Positions 38,519-52,586 of a DNA stretch of 64,000 nucleotides are shown here, piece by piece; positions within the stretch are counted from its first letter, which is position 1, and every line of letters starts with the position of its first letter. The DNA comes from Utricularia gibba (Eukaryota; Plantae; Magnoliophyta): positions 6,572,001 through 6,636,000 of the forward strand of contig NEEC01000002.1 in NCBI GenBank assembly GCA_002189035.1, in the 5' to 3' direction. The notes under the pieces are model-generated. The model had not been told where the DNA came from, made no database searches, and worked only from the letters and a program-made list of their open reading frames with translations. The position numbers and the translations under genes were made by a program.

Positions 38519-39235
38519 CCCTTGATGTGTTTACTCTTCCAAGAGTGCTGTTTTGTCTAGTCATCCAGCACCAATGGGGTGATACTACATTATAGATACA
38601 AATGTAGATGCAACTTCACTTTTTGAAACTCAAGCACTAACTCTTACCATTTTGTTCAACATCTAAATCTTTGCGCTTAATCTCATTCTACTAAAAAATG
38701 TTGTATGGTTTTCGACGTGAATTCAGTTTTAGAACCAGAGTTTCATGTTTTGCAATCGTTTTTCATTTTATAGTAGTTGCAATATTTGAAAATGGATTGA
38801 AATGGGGAGTTGGAATTGTTGATTTCAAAGTACAACTGAAACAGATGGTTTCCATTGTTTATTTTTTGAATAAATTTAAATTAGTTCGTAATTAAAATTT
38901 ATTGTTCTTTTTATATTATAATTCAAAATAAAAAATGAGTATAATGAGATTAAATATAAAATTAAAAAAGAATATTTGTTTGTGTTTGCGCGGTGAATAA
39001 CGATTAAAACGGTCGGATCCGGAGGATTGCAAAAGGATGCGGTCGGGTCGGATCAACCCGGTTTATAAGTATCGGGTTATATAAAAGCGTGCCAACCCTT
39101 TCACTCCCCTGGTCTTCGTAGTTTGGTTCGCCGCGCAAAATTCCCCGACGTTTCTGCGACCTGTTTAAGTCGGCGCCTTTTGCTGTCATGCGAAGCGGAG
39201 TAGAGGGGACTTAGGGTTCATTCTCCGTTGCAGTA

Positions 39236-42200
39236 ATGAGAAGGCATCGCGGCTACTCCGATCATGGCGGCGCCGGCAGTGGGTATCGACGGGCTGAGCA
39301 GCAGCCGCCACAGCAGTTCGTTTTATACCCGCGCCCTGAAGCACTAGTGAATCCCACTTCTGTTCCCTACTACCAAAATCTCAGTTTCTTGCCTCAGTTC
39401 CCTCCTTTTTATCCAAATCCCTCTCATGTTCCTCCCCAGTTGCAACATCCGTTTCCAGATGCTGGGTCTACGAGTAGAAAGTTTCAAGCGTTTCCTAATG
39501 CACAGAAGCATGATAAAGCACAGGATGAGATGGTGGAGAAAATAGATAAGGCAACGAAGAATGCTTGGGCTGAACTTTTGGCATCGAAAAAGAATGTTTC
39601 GGCTTGGGAAGTTTCACAAGCAGCTTTGATGATGTTGAACGTGGATTCCTGGGAAAGTTTGGGGTTCCAAATGCAGCAAGTACCCTCACTCAGTCATCTC
39701 TTGGCTACGGAGTGGAAGGTGAGATAATAATTTCCGTTGGTGGGGCATTTTTTTTTTTTTTTTGGTTTTCTTCATTCCGAGTAAAAAAGAATCTTGGTCG
39801 TCCGACGTCTTCTGCGCTTCATGGTGGTGTATTTTGTATTTGATGCTATTTCCTTGGGCTCATTATCTTTTTCTTTCCTTTTGTGCTCAATAATTCCCAA
39901 AAGATCAATGCATTCATCCACTGCTTCGTTGCGGCTAGAAGAATTACTTCTTTACATGATTTGGAAGTTGCAATCTGTGAGAACGAAGGAGTTAAGCAAT
40001 TTAAGGAGCTGGGTTTGGGGCCCTTACTCCAGCATCCTCTTGCCGTGCATTATTTTTCTCTGGGATCTGGAGTCACTGAAGTACACAAAATAAGAACTGA
40101 AGCAATAATTTCTTATCTCTGTGATTTCATTGAAACCCACAAAAAGGAGGAATTTGAAGTTTGCAATTTCTTGGATTTTCTATCTGAAAAGGAATCTGTC
40201 ACCAGCAGGGAAAAGCTTTGCATCCGTCTTCATGGCTTTCGGTATGTAAACCTTTTCTTGATTTGTTGCAATATTTAAAGATTGAAGTGCGTATTGTTTT
40301 GGACTCAAATGGCTCACTGTACGTCAACCACCTCACCATTGTTGGTTATTGCTTACCTTGAAGCCTAGGTATTTGTTGGGAGCTGAGCCTTTTTCGCATG
40401 ATGCTTATAAGTTAGATTAGTCACAAGTGTGAGAAGAGTTGTGGTTTTAGTTACTTTTTCATGTCATAACATATTTTAATCAATATTATGGTCAAGCACA
40501 CCTGTTTTCGCAACCATAAGTTTTCTCTACGAACTTGAACTTTTTTGTGCCCCGCATATGTCCCCATTCTTCTGTCTGTGTGGAAATAAGTGTTACCATT
40601 CTTGTCATTATGCTACATAAGTTAAAGGGGTGGTACTTTTTGTGTGGTTCATATAGCTGAGCTTTGTTTCCTCTACTGCTATTAGTAGTCAGTCATTTTC
40701 ATTTGTTTTTATTTCTATTATGCCTTTCCCCTTGAATGCAACCACAAAAGAGTGCACTGGTAAGTAAGTTTAATACCAGAGTTACATGTGGAATTATAGT
40801 TAACCATCCAATTTTGTCATTCTCAGATTTTATGTCAATCATATCACACGAGTGATGCAACTTGAAGACAGATTGGTGGACGGAATTTCTGGAAAGATAA
40901 GATTAAAATCTACTAGAACTAAAAGGGAACTTGATAGCAATTTCAAGGCAATATCCCACCGTGTGAAGACTTTTTCTGCTAGTGCTGAATTTTGTGGCAA
41001 GCATATACGATTTTCCTCATCGTGCTCAGAGGATGATGACTGTGAAAATAACGAGCGCCTGAATGTGGAAAATTCAGGTACTAACTGCCGTGCCTCATTG
41101 CCAAATGCTGGATCGGACCGTGTCAGTAGCTGTCCTTATCCCTCGGCAACTGAAGAAATTACGAGGCTGGCAATGAAAAGTGCAGACACTGATACTAGTT
41201 TGCATGCTGGGGTTGTGAAGTCTAATGCTGACAGTGAACTTCCTCAGAGAAAGAGAACATCAACTTCGAAGACTCCGCCTTACAAGAAGGCAAAACGAGT
41301 GAAGCCTAGAAGCTGTAATAAGGTCAGCGATCCATTAATAAGTAATCCATTTTCCCATGAGTCGCTGCAGACTTTTGTTTCAACATGGAAGGAGGCATGC
41401 AGAGAAAACACAGAAGAAACGGTAATGTTTTTGTTAATTGAAGTTTTATGTTATCAATCATCTTGCAGTCTTGTTTTCTGTGAACGATTACTAACATGGC
41501 AAGCAGTTGCAATAGCATTCAACACCATCTCGCTGATGTAGCATGTTGACCTGCTTGTAATTTGGCATGCTCATATCGTTTATCTGTTTTTCTACCTCAT
41601 TTCCATGAGAATCATTTTGTGTAATAAATTCAACCTTTTGTGTACCATAGCACATGCACATTATGTGGTTTACCAGTCCCCTTTTATAGTTACTTTCTTT
41701 TCTTGTCGTGTCTTTATTTTATTATGTATATGCGTTTTCTCTGTTTTCTAATGTCTATTTTTTCATAACTATTCCTTTCTCTCCCCCACATTTTTATGTG
41801 AAATTAATTTCTTATATTTCACTCCTTAATATGTCACTTCTTTCACCTCCTTGTTCATTTCTTCTTACATAACCATTCAATACTAATTATTACATTATTG
41901 AATGGTTTATATGTTACGAGAAAAATACTCCAGCCTTTTTCTCATGGGAGAGAGGCTACATGAAGCTCACTTGGTGGTTTTAGTTTTCTTGAAAGAGTTC
42001 TGAAGTGTTGAATTTGGTTCGAGTTATTTCAGTTAATGGTCCTTTTTCCACCCCATTAGTTTGATATGTTCCTCGCGCTTTTAGTCTCAGTTATTGTCAC
42101 AGCCAAACCCAGTTGTCTTATGCGTTGTATCATGTGTTGTAGTGTATTCCAAGTCGATTTACAGATAGATATATCTTTTATCTTTTGGCTTTGTCTAATC

Positions 42201-45200
42201 CAGTTGTAGGAATTACATGCCTGCGAATATTTTTTTGCTATTGTATTGGCTTAACTATTGTTTTGCGAAGGAAATAATTTAAACTTCAGTTTACACTTTG
42301 GTCTGAAGTCCATAATTGTTTTAAAAAAATTCCTTATCACTTAGAATTGATTATATATTCACGTATATTACCTTTTTCTTATTCATTTATTTACCCATCA
42401 TTTTACAGTTGAAAGACTGATTTTAGGCGACTTGATCACAATCAAAATCTTGCATATCTATCGCATCAAGTTTTTAATTAATTTTCCAATGTATGAACAT
42501 TCATTTGGATTGGGATGATTTTAGAGATTCATAAATTATTTCTATTTGATAGTTGTGGAGTACATATCCTCTATGCATATATCTGATAATTCATGTGCGT
42601 TTGAAATTTTTGTATTTTGTGTTTGGATCATAGACTTCACTCCAGTTTTTCTTTGTTAATAGGTTCTTCAAATGATGGTTGAATTTTACAACCCCAAAAA
42701 ACCAAACAAGTTGAAAAGAATATTCACCATGACTCCTTTTGGTGGACTGCTTTCTGCTGCTGTAAGTTTAGAATTTATTTGTATCCTCAAATTTACATGT
42801 TTAAATGTCAGGCATAGCATTGTCTCTTTCAATATGTACTTCAGCTTGTTCGGTGTCGCTAATTTTGTTGTTGGTGATACTCAGCTTGGCCACTTGACTA
42901 TCACTGCACACATAAAATAGTTATTTTCCTTAGGAAGGAATAGAAATTGTCTTCACGGAACAGAGTTATGCTATAAGTACATTTTATTGGACAGGGAGTT
43001 TTTTTATCTGTTGATAAAATTTATGAATGAAGGGATGTGCCATATCTCGATTCCCCAGTCCACTGCTTAGCCATCCCATTGAAGACCTTCACAGATATTT
43101 TTAGCTTGCTGCTATGTGACTTTGCAGGTTGCTTTTATTAGACTCGTAAATCCAAATAATGTTCACAAGATTTCTCAAGCATTAAGCCATCAAGATGTGG
43201 ATAAGGTGTCACAAGAGACTGTGGATGCTTTTTTAGGTGATGCAGAGGTGGCTACAGAGTCTAATGTTGTTTCAAATGTGGACAGTGTAACATGTAAACG
43301 TGGTAAGCATTTCAAAGAAAACTTATGGATTTGCATCTGTGAGGGAGCTTGTTGCACGGAATAGCACTGAATCTCTTTTAGTTTGAAAACCCGTAAATTT
43401 TATATTTTCACCTATGTTTTTACTTATAGCATAAATATGTGAAACGTGAGTGTTTCCAAATAAGAATGAATACATGCATCATACTAGGTATTTTTTGGCG
43501 AGTATGAAACTTGGAAATCCTGATGTTTTGTATTCATTCAGTCTTTGGTGTTATTGCAGATGTAAGAGCTGAAGATATTTTGATGAAACTTTCTGAATAT
43601 TTTGAGGCTGAGATGATCAGCAACAGAAGTCCATCCATTAGTTATAAATTTCATTTGTTGAAAAAGTTTTGCATGTTAGAGAGTTGGCTGACTGAAGTAT
43701 TTTCTGTTGGCATGTTTGAATCTCTGGGTCATGGAGACTATTTTATGTTCTTAGAGAAACATGTGCACCTATTGCCCATCAACTTCAAAGTTTCATGATA
43801 GGGGGTGCAACTGAAGGCTTCCTTTTGGAAGCTCGCTTGCTTCCAATTCAGTTAGATCTGCTAATATCACAAGCTGTTATTGCCTCAAGTGAAAATGAAG
43901 CGTTAAGCTTGCAGAGCATTTCCAACTTACTAGTCAGGCAATTTCCGTTAGCATGCTTCAAACTTGCAAAAGATGATCTAACTGAAAACTTGGCAGGAAA
44001 TTTTCATGAAAGAACAGGAGCCTTTGCATCATCTTGTGTGCTTTTTTCTACACCATTATTAGGTTTAGGTTGCAATGGCGACTCATCAGATCAATGTGGG
44101 AAAAAAACAATTGGAAATGCTGGTTTTTCTTTTATTGGGAAAACAGAAGAAAGATTGTTTGATCCAGTGGCCACTGCAGACGCCATCCAAGCTTTAATTA
44201 AGGCTCCTATGCTGACTGATTTAAGCTTGTGGCTGCACTGGGACATTGTATTTGCACCATCACTTGGTTCCTTTATGGAGTGGTTACTTAAGAATGTGAA
44301 GACAAAGGACTTCCTATGTTTAGTCACCAAGGACAGTAAGGTGATCCGTATCAACCATTTGGCCACCATTGATACGTTTATGGAAGCTTTTGTACAGGGA
44401 TCTTCATTTAAAACATCCTTAGAGTTATTGTCAATAATTGCCACATGTGGTGGCCGACATAATGTTCCTGTGGCGCTGATAAAATCTCATGCACAGAAAG
44501 CATTTGAGGTGCTTTTGGGCAATTATATTGTAAAAAATCCAAATGTTAATTCGGGGGTCCTGTGGCAGAAGCCATCTGATGATGATGATACACCTGTGAA
44601 TGGCGGTTTTTGTAGCTTTGCTCGGACACCATCAGGTATGAATGCAGTCAACAAAGCCGCTCCATTTATGTCAAAGTTCGTTCTTGATTGCTTGAGTTAT
44701 ATGCCGAGTGAGTTTTGCAGTTTTGCCACCGATATCCTGATTTCTGGGATGCGAGCCTTTGTGATGGATGCTTCTAAGGCTATCTTGACTGAATGTAAGC
44801 AGTTACACCAACGGATTATGCTGCATGACGTTGGGATGGCACTTGGAGTAACAGAATGGGTTAATGACTACAATTTGTTTTCTTACCCAGTGGATGTTGA
44901 ATCTTTTTCTGGATCGTGCTGCTTAATGGAGGCATCCTATGGTAATGTAAAACCACCAAATGGGAGAAATGAAATAAACTGCCATTCATCTTCATCAAGT
45001 GAAATACTTGGTCTCCCAGATGAGGAGAATGAACTTGATGCCAGTGTTAAACAAGTCCTTGACCGGGTTGATTCAGATAACATTTTCATCAATGACCATG
45101 AATTAAAAAAACAGGTCATAAGTGATTGTCACATTGACGATGATCCTGCAAAAGTAATTGAATCTATTCGGAAGGAGGAATTTGGTCTGGATCCAAGTCT

Positions 45201-48200
45201 CTCAGCGAGTGAGAACAAAATGTTGGAGAAGCAGCATTCTCGTTTGGGTAGAGCCTTACGTTGTATTTCACAAGAGCTGTATTCCAAGGATTCACACTTC
45301 CTTTTGGAGTTGGTATGCCTACTTTTTTACCTGTATTTAAGACATGATTTTTCACATTCACACAAGGATTTTAGTGTCTTCATCTGCAATTTAGGTATTT
45401 TTTTATTGTCACTTTCATGACCAGTAAATTAAGATCAAACTCTTCTCCCAGTCATAAAAAAAATGCTCAAGGCTTTTTACAGTATTATTTAGATACTGGA
45501 AGCCTAGCTTGTCTGTGATTTTGCAATTGTATCACAATTCAATGCCTGGTGGGTTCAGATTTGCTCTCTGGATGATCCTATCTTTCTTAATATCGGATTA
45601 ATTATTCTGATTTGTAAGTTTCTTCTTGTTTTAGCTCACATAAACAGGTAGTATGTTAAGTAAATAATTAGCCAAAGAATTGTGACATGTCACAAATTGC
45701 ATAAACCGTCTTGGATATGAAATATTTGATCCATTTTCTCCCTTTATTCCCAAAATCCTGCCATCCTTGATAATTTGCATTCTACCACCCGTAGTTCATC
45801 TTAGAAGTGCAGGAATTGGCTTTTCTCTTATGCTGTCATGGTTGTTTAGAAAATGTTTATAGTTTGAGACAGATTCAAATGGATTCCTAAAATCATTAAA
45901 TGATTATTTATTATCTTCTTTTTTTGTGTGTAGGTTCAAAATGCTGATGATAATGTCTATCCTCATAATGTGGTACCCATGTTAGTGTTCATTCTTCAAG
46001 AGAGAAGCATCAAAGTCCTAAATAATGAAAAAGGTTTTTCGGCGAATGATGTCAGAGCACTTTGTGATGTTGGAAATTCTACAAAAAAGAATCATAGAGC
46101 TGAACGCATTGGAAAGAAGGGCATTGGCTTCAAATCTGTATTCTGTGTAAGGATTGAAGGCTCTTCTTGTATGTTGCATTTGTCTTTTCAAGTGCTCCAA
46201 TTTGAGCGCATAATAATCTTTAATTGATTAGATCTAAGGTGGAGATGAAACATATGGATAAGACCTGGCTTTAAATGGATTCCGTTCTTAGATTTGATTG
46301 ATAGCATATGTTTTTTTTTTCCCTGTGACTATCTTCTGTTCGTAAAATGTAGGCATGATTACTGTTCCCTTGCCCATCAAACTGGTTGAGTTACAGTTGC
46401 CAAGTTAACGCTAGATAGGTCAATTGTAGGCTTCCATTTGAGATTTTGTACTTTGGATTCTAGTACTTAATGTGGTTGATTTTTTTTTTCAAAATGTATT
46501 GTAACATCCATATTAGTTTGAATTCACCTCTTTTCTCATTCTCAGGTTACGGATGCACCAGAGATACATTCTAATGGGTTTCATATCAAGTTTGACATAA
46601 CTGAGGGACAGATTGGCTTCATTTTACCGACAGTTGTCCCTCCACATGATATTGAATCTTACGCAAGATTAGCTTCTTCAGATGCAGATTGTGTGGATAA
46701 GAATGCATGGAACACTTGCATTGTGCTACCACTGAAATCGAACTTATCAGAAGTTTCTGTGAGGAACAATGTCTTCTCCATGTTCTCTAGTCTCCATCCA
46801 TCATTGTTACTGTTTCTTCATCGTCTTCAATCCATTACATTTAAAAACATGCTTGACGGCACATGTGTTGTTATGAGAAAGAAAGTGAGGGGCAATGGCA
46901 TTGTTCAGGTCTGTATGAACGGAGATGAGATGACTTGGTTTGTGGTATCCCATAAGTTAAAGGCTGATGTTATCCACTCTGATTTCCACACTTCAAACAT
47001 ATCTGTTGCTTTTACATTAAGGGAGATAAGTCATGGAGAATATACTGCTGTGTTGGACCAACAACCAGTTTTTGCTTTTCTTCCATTGAGGACATATGGT
47101 CTGAAGTTCATAGTTCAAGGTGACTTTGTTTTGCCTTCTTCCAGGGAAGATATTGATGGGAGTAGTCCTTGGAACCAGTGGTTACTGTCGGAAGTTCCTG
47201 ATTTGTTTGTTAGAGCTGGAAAGCTATTTTGTGATCTTCCTTGTTACAAAAGTTGTCCAGGAAAAGCGGTTAGTTTGTTTATGAAGTATGTTCCAATGGT
47301 CGGTGAAGTTCATGGATTCTTTTCTAGCTTACCACAATTGATCATTTCTAAACTACGTATGTCAAGTTGCTTGCTCCTTGAGGATGATAAAAAAGAATGG
47401 GTTCCTCCTTTCAGGGCCCTCAGGAATTGGGATAATCATTCTCGCTCTCTATTGCCTAATAGCTTGCTTCAGAAGCATCTTGGCATGGGATTTCTGGACA
47501 AGGATATAGTTCTATCTGACACATTAGCAAGGGTTCTTGGTGTTGAGAATTATGGCCCTTCAGTTTTGCTGAGAGTACTTTCTTCTTTATGTTCTGTGGA
47601 TAATGGTTTAAGTTCCATGGGCTTGGATTGGTTAGCTTCTTGGCTTGGTACCGTCTACATGATGCTATTTAAGTCCTCACAGAATGAATCTGATTTTATA
47701 ATGGAGGTTAAGAAAATCCCATTCGTTCCCCTTGGCGATGGTAAATATAGCTCACTGAATGAAGGTGTAATTTGGCTGCATTACGACGGGGTAGGTCAAG
47801 GTACTAAGGATGATTGTTTTCTGAAAGAATTCCCAAATTTGCTTACTAAACTTCGATTTGTGAGTCCAGAACTTTTAAATGCAGCTTCTTCGATTGAAAG
47901 TTCATGCCCTGACGCAACCATGCTTGAAATTGTTAAAAGGATGCTTCTTAAAGTTGGTGTCCAGAGAGTGTCTGCTCATGAAATATTAAAGGAGCATGTT
48001 TTACCAAAGTTATCTGATTATAAAACAGCCATGGAACAGAATGGATTGATTGTTGAGTACCTAGCCTTTGCAATGTTTCATTTGCACTCAAGCTGTAGTA
48101 CCTGTGGTAAAGAAAGAGAGGACATAGTTAATCAGCTACAGACAAAAGCTCATATTCTCACTAACTTCGGTCTTAAACGGTTGAATGAAGTTCCCATACA

Positions 48201-51200
48201 TTTTAGCTCAGGTTTTGGGAATCCTGTTGATATAAATAAACTAACTAGTGGCTTTGATATCAACTGGCATGAGATTGACTCCTCCTATCTAGACCATCCG
48301 ATCACCAAATCTACGTCAGATGGGAATTTTAGCTGGAGGAAATTTTTTCTGGAAATTGGGGTGACTGATTTTGTAAAAGTTGATGAAGTTCGGAAACAAA
48401 TTTCTGGCATTTCTTCTGTGGATTCACTGGGTAGTAAGGATTTTTTGGTAACCAAGATGGATGTTAAAGATTGGAAATCTGAAGAATTGTTTTTGTTTTT
48501 GTCTGCACTGTCATTGTCAATAGATGATGGTCAAAAGTCTAAGTACCTCCTGGAAATTCTTGATATGTTGTGGGATGAGAATTTTGGAGATAAAGTAACT
48601 GGCTATTCCATTGACTGCTCTGGGAATTCTAAGCCATTTAAATCGTCATTCATTAGCATCCTTCAAGATTTTCCTTGGATGTGTTCATCTTTGGGCAAAA
48701 ATCTTAGTTATCCGAAAGATCTGTACCATGAGTGTCATGAGGTGAATTCAATTCTTGGTGCAAGTGCCCCGTATGCTGTCCCCAAGGTGTGTTATGCTTC
48801 ATTTCGCACTCATCTTTCATTTTTTTTTTTCAGCAGTACTTGTCCTTCACATGTTTTTTTTTTTTTTTTTTTGACATGTGCGGTCTTGTCTTTTAATTTT
48901 ACCCAAGGTAAGAAGCGAAAAGCTGATTGCTGACATTGGCTTAAAAACTGAAGTTACCCTTGATGATGCATTGTCTGTGCTGCGACTTTGGAAATCTTAT
49001 GGTCCTCTTAAGGCCAGGTAATTTTCTCCTTTCCTCATCTCATATCTGAGATTAAGACTCTGCATTAGAATTTCTCCTCAACATGTAGCATGGTTGAAAC
49101 TGAACTGTCTTTTTTATCAGTGTTTCACAGATGAGTAATTTTTATACATTCATCTGGAAAGGAATGGGTACCTCAAAGAAAGCAATTATTGAAGAGTTAC
49201 TTCCGGGTCCTTTTATATTTATTCCCAATGCTACAGGATATTCTCCAGAAGATGTTGTGCCTGGTACTCTGGTTTCATCTCAGGAAGTGTACTGGAATGA
49301 TTCAAATAGCCAAGCAGTATCACCTCACTCTAAGTGTGTTACAAGCATAAAATGTCACAGGGAAGAAAAGATGCTATGTGCCTTGTACCCAAAGCTTCAT
49401 GATTTTTTCGTGGGTGAATGTGGGGTGGCTGAAGCGCCTCCATTGTGCTCTTATCTCCAGTTCTTGCAACAGTTATCTAATAGTTCTTTGCCTCATGAGG
49501 CAGCAAAGAAGGTGTGGCCTTTTTTTTTTTTTACTGTAACACATTAACGAACTATAAAATTTGGACATGCCTATAGCATAAACACTTTTAAGGTGTTGGG
49601 ATGTGCCTATATTTGTCTTCCTGCATGAACTGGCTCAGACTACGTATTGATGTATGATTTGTTATCCTATAGGTTTCTGAAGTGTTTCTGATTTGGGGTG
49701 ATGCACTGAAATCTGGAACTTTGAGCTCTCAAGACATTGAGTACCTCAAAGAAAATCTTCTGAAAAAGGAGTGCACTGTACTTCCTACAAGAAATGATAA
49801 ATGGGTTTCTCTGCATTCTTCTTATGGACTCATCTGTTGGTGTGATGACGATGATTTGGAATTGGAATTCAGGTATCTTCAAGGTATTGAATTCATTTAT
49901 TTTGGGGAGTCTACTAACGAAGCAAAACAGATGCTTCGAGGCAATGCTGTTACGGTCATGCGATCTCTGGGAATTCCTTCTATTTCTGAGGTTCCCTTTC
50001 TTTCCCTTACCAGCTATTTCTTTTGTCTGTGTGAGCTAGCTTGTCAATCTGGGGCACCTTTTTCTTATGCATTAAATTATAATCCATCTAGACAGATCTT
50101 CCTGGGAGTGAAGGAAAAACAGTCTCGGAATTCACACAAGCATCATATCAATTTATGTGTTTTTTTATTGTAGATGAACCAAGTACTAAGATAGAACCCT
50201 GCAAATGTATCATGAAAATTTGATGCCAATATGATCTTATCCATACAAGTAACAGTTGCATACCATCATGCCATTATATGCAAGTTATTGGGTTTATGTT
50301 ACTTTTATGCATGTTGCTTGTAGTGAGTGACCAAGTTATTCATTGTAGCAGCAACTCGTGCTCTTTATGCATAATCCATTGATTTGTTTTTCCTTTTGTC
50401 TTTCCAGATTGTGACTCGTGAAGCTATTTATTACGGTCTCACAAACCACAGCTTCTTTCATTCTTTGGTGAACTGGGCTCTTCCTTATGCTCAGCGTTAC
50501 ATTTATATCACGCATGCTGAAAAGTACTCTCAGCTAAGGATGTCTAATTTTCACAAGATTAGACATCTAAAGATAAAAGTTGTTGAAAAGCTTTTCTACA
50601 GGAATGTCATTACCAGTCATGGAATTTCATCAACGAAAAGAACTGAGATAAGTTGCCTTCATCAGGTTGGTATCACTGAAGCATATTGCTTTCCATCAGG
50701 CACTTGAGAAGGTGAGGTATGCTTTACACCCATCTGTTTAAATACATGCAGGGTGACATCTTGTACTGCACTGCAAAGTCGGATCCACATTCAATATTCT
50801 TGGAGCTGTCTTGCTTGCTATACAGGAAGTCTCCAGATTTGCTCTTCGCAAATTTTCTTCATATGATCACAACTATGGCTGAATCGGGTGCCACTGAGGA
50901 GCAAGTAGAATTTTTCATCTTCAACAGCCAGAAGGTGGCGAAATTGCCTAATGAGGAATGCGTTTGGTCTCTCCAATCCGCCTCATTGGAGGGTGATGGT
51001 AGAGTTTTAGAGGACCTTCTACGCATTAAGTTGAACGAACAAAAATCCTTCATGTCAAGAAGAACTGGTGTCAACCCAAATTGGCCACCTGCTGATTGGA
51101 AGACTGCCCCTGGCTTCAGACCTGCAGTATCTTTTACATCTAAAAAACCAGAATGCAGCAGTTTTCCAGTCATAGAGAGGAACATTGCAAAGGAGTTGGA

Positions 51201-51756
51201 ACAGGCTTGCATCACTCCAACCATTATGCGCAGTGATTCTGAGGCTGGTTCAGCTGAAGAGCCACCTTTTCTTGACAATGAGATGTCAATTCCCCCAGGC
51301 ACGAATGTTGTGCCTGATTCTGTTGATGTTACTGCAATGGAATCCGGGAACTCAGCCTCAGAATGTGACATCAAAGATCAGGAGCAGACAGATCAGACAT
51401 TTGTTACAGGGAGATGTGGAGAGCTTATAGCATACAAACACTTCGTAGAGAAATTAGGTGAGGGATCTGTTATATGGGTGAATGCAGCTACTGAAACTGG
51501 GCTGCCGTATGACATTGTTGTTGGTGGAGAAAATGACAGAGAATACATTGAAGTGAAGGCCACCAAATCCAGCAGCAAGCTCTGGTTCTTCATCTCAATG
51601 AAGGAGTGGGAGTTTGCTGTTGAAAAAGGCGAATCCTTCAGCATAGCACATGTAGTTTTAGCAAATAACGGCATGGCCAGGATCACTATATACAAGAACC
51701 CGGCAAGATTATGCCGCCTCGGCAACCTTAAGTTAGCAGCGGTGCCTGCACTGTAA
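39236..51756 (+). CDS. NOV: Protein NO VEIN (sacsin-like GHKL ATPase plus C-terminal DUF3883), multi-exon; apparent -1 frameshift at CCC 43775-43777
   Basis: KINAFIHCFVAARRITSLHDLE, SQELYSKDSHFLLEL/VQNADDN, IGKKGIGFKSVF, DAPEIHSNGFHIKFD, QGDFVLPSSREDID, C-terminal GRCGELIAYKHF...ETGLPYDI...YIEVKAT...KEWEFA. Confidence 0.93.
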
Positions 51757-52586
51757 CATCACTTTCTTGTACACTACCATATGGATTGAATTTCGAGTAC
51801 TCACATTTTTGTGTATCGGTGTATTACAAAATTGATCATCGTTTTTTGAATGTGAGAAAATTGGTATGATGATCAATTTTGATTGTAGCGTATGAGATAG
51901 AGATATACGATAATCAATTTTTTAATTGTTTGTTTCAAAAAGAAATTGTAATTTTTCAAATATATTAGTGTTCTGGAAAATTTTTAGACTATGTTTTTAT
52001 TTTTTCAAAATTATTTAAAATAATAAAAATAAATTATAGCTATTCTAGAAAAATGTACTAGTTAAGAAATAGAATTAAAATGAAAAAAATACTTCATTTA
52101 TTATTTTTCTAAAAATATTTTTTATAATATGATTTTAAAATTATTTATTGATAGTATTTTAGAATAAAATTATTTTATTTTTTGAAAAATAAAAATGGAT
52201 TTCAGTAATTGATTAAATGATTTGAAAATTTAGGATGGAATCAAATTATTTATTATTATTTTATATGAAATAAATATAGAAATCTTTTATATTCATTTTC
52301 TAGTGATTAATAATTTTGAAATAACGTGGCCCCCACAATCACATCTCCCATGGTTACTATTTTTGTGTGGTATTTCTGACTGAAAAAATAGCTATTTTTA
52401 TGCTTTTTTTTTCAAAATTAAAAACATTTAGGCCTGGAAGCCACTTCCCATTTATAGAACACTGCTTATTTTTACAAGGAACAATTCCATTTTTGGAAAC
52501 ACAAATAACAAAAGAACAGTAACCGACACGAGAGCAACACATTTATTTGATAAAAAGTTGAGTTCAAACTTGGTTCTTCTTCACGA

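Noticed and set aside
50859-51725. Minus-strand ORFs (171 aa, 110 aa) over the NOV last exon
   Set aside because: Antisense shadows of a well-supported CDS
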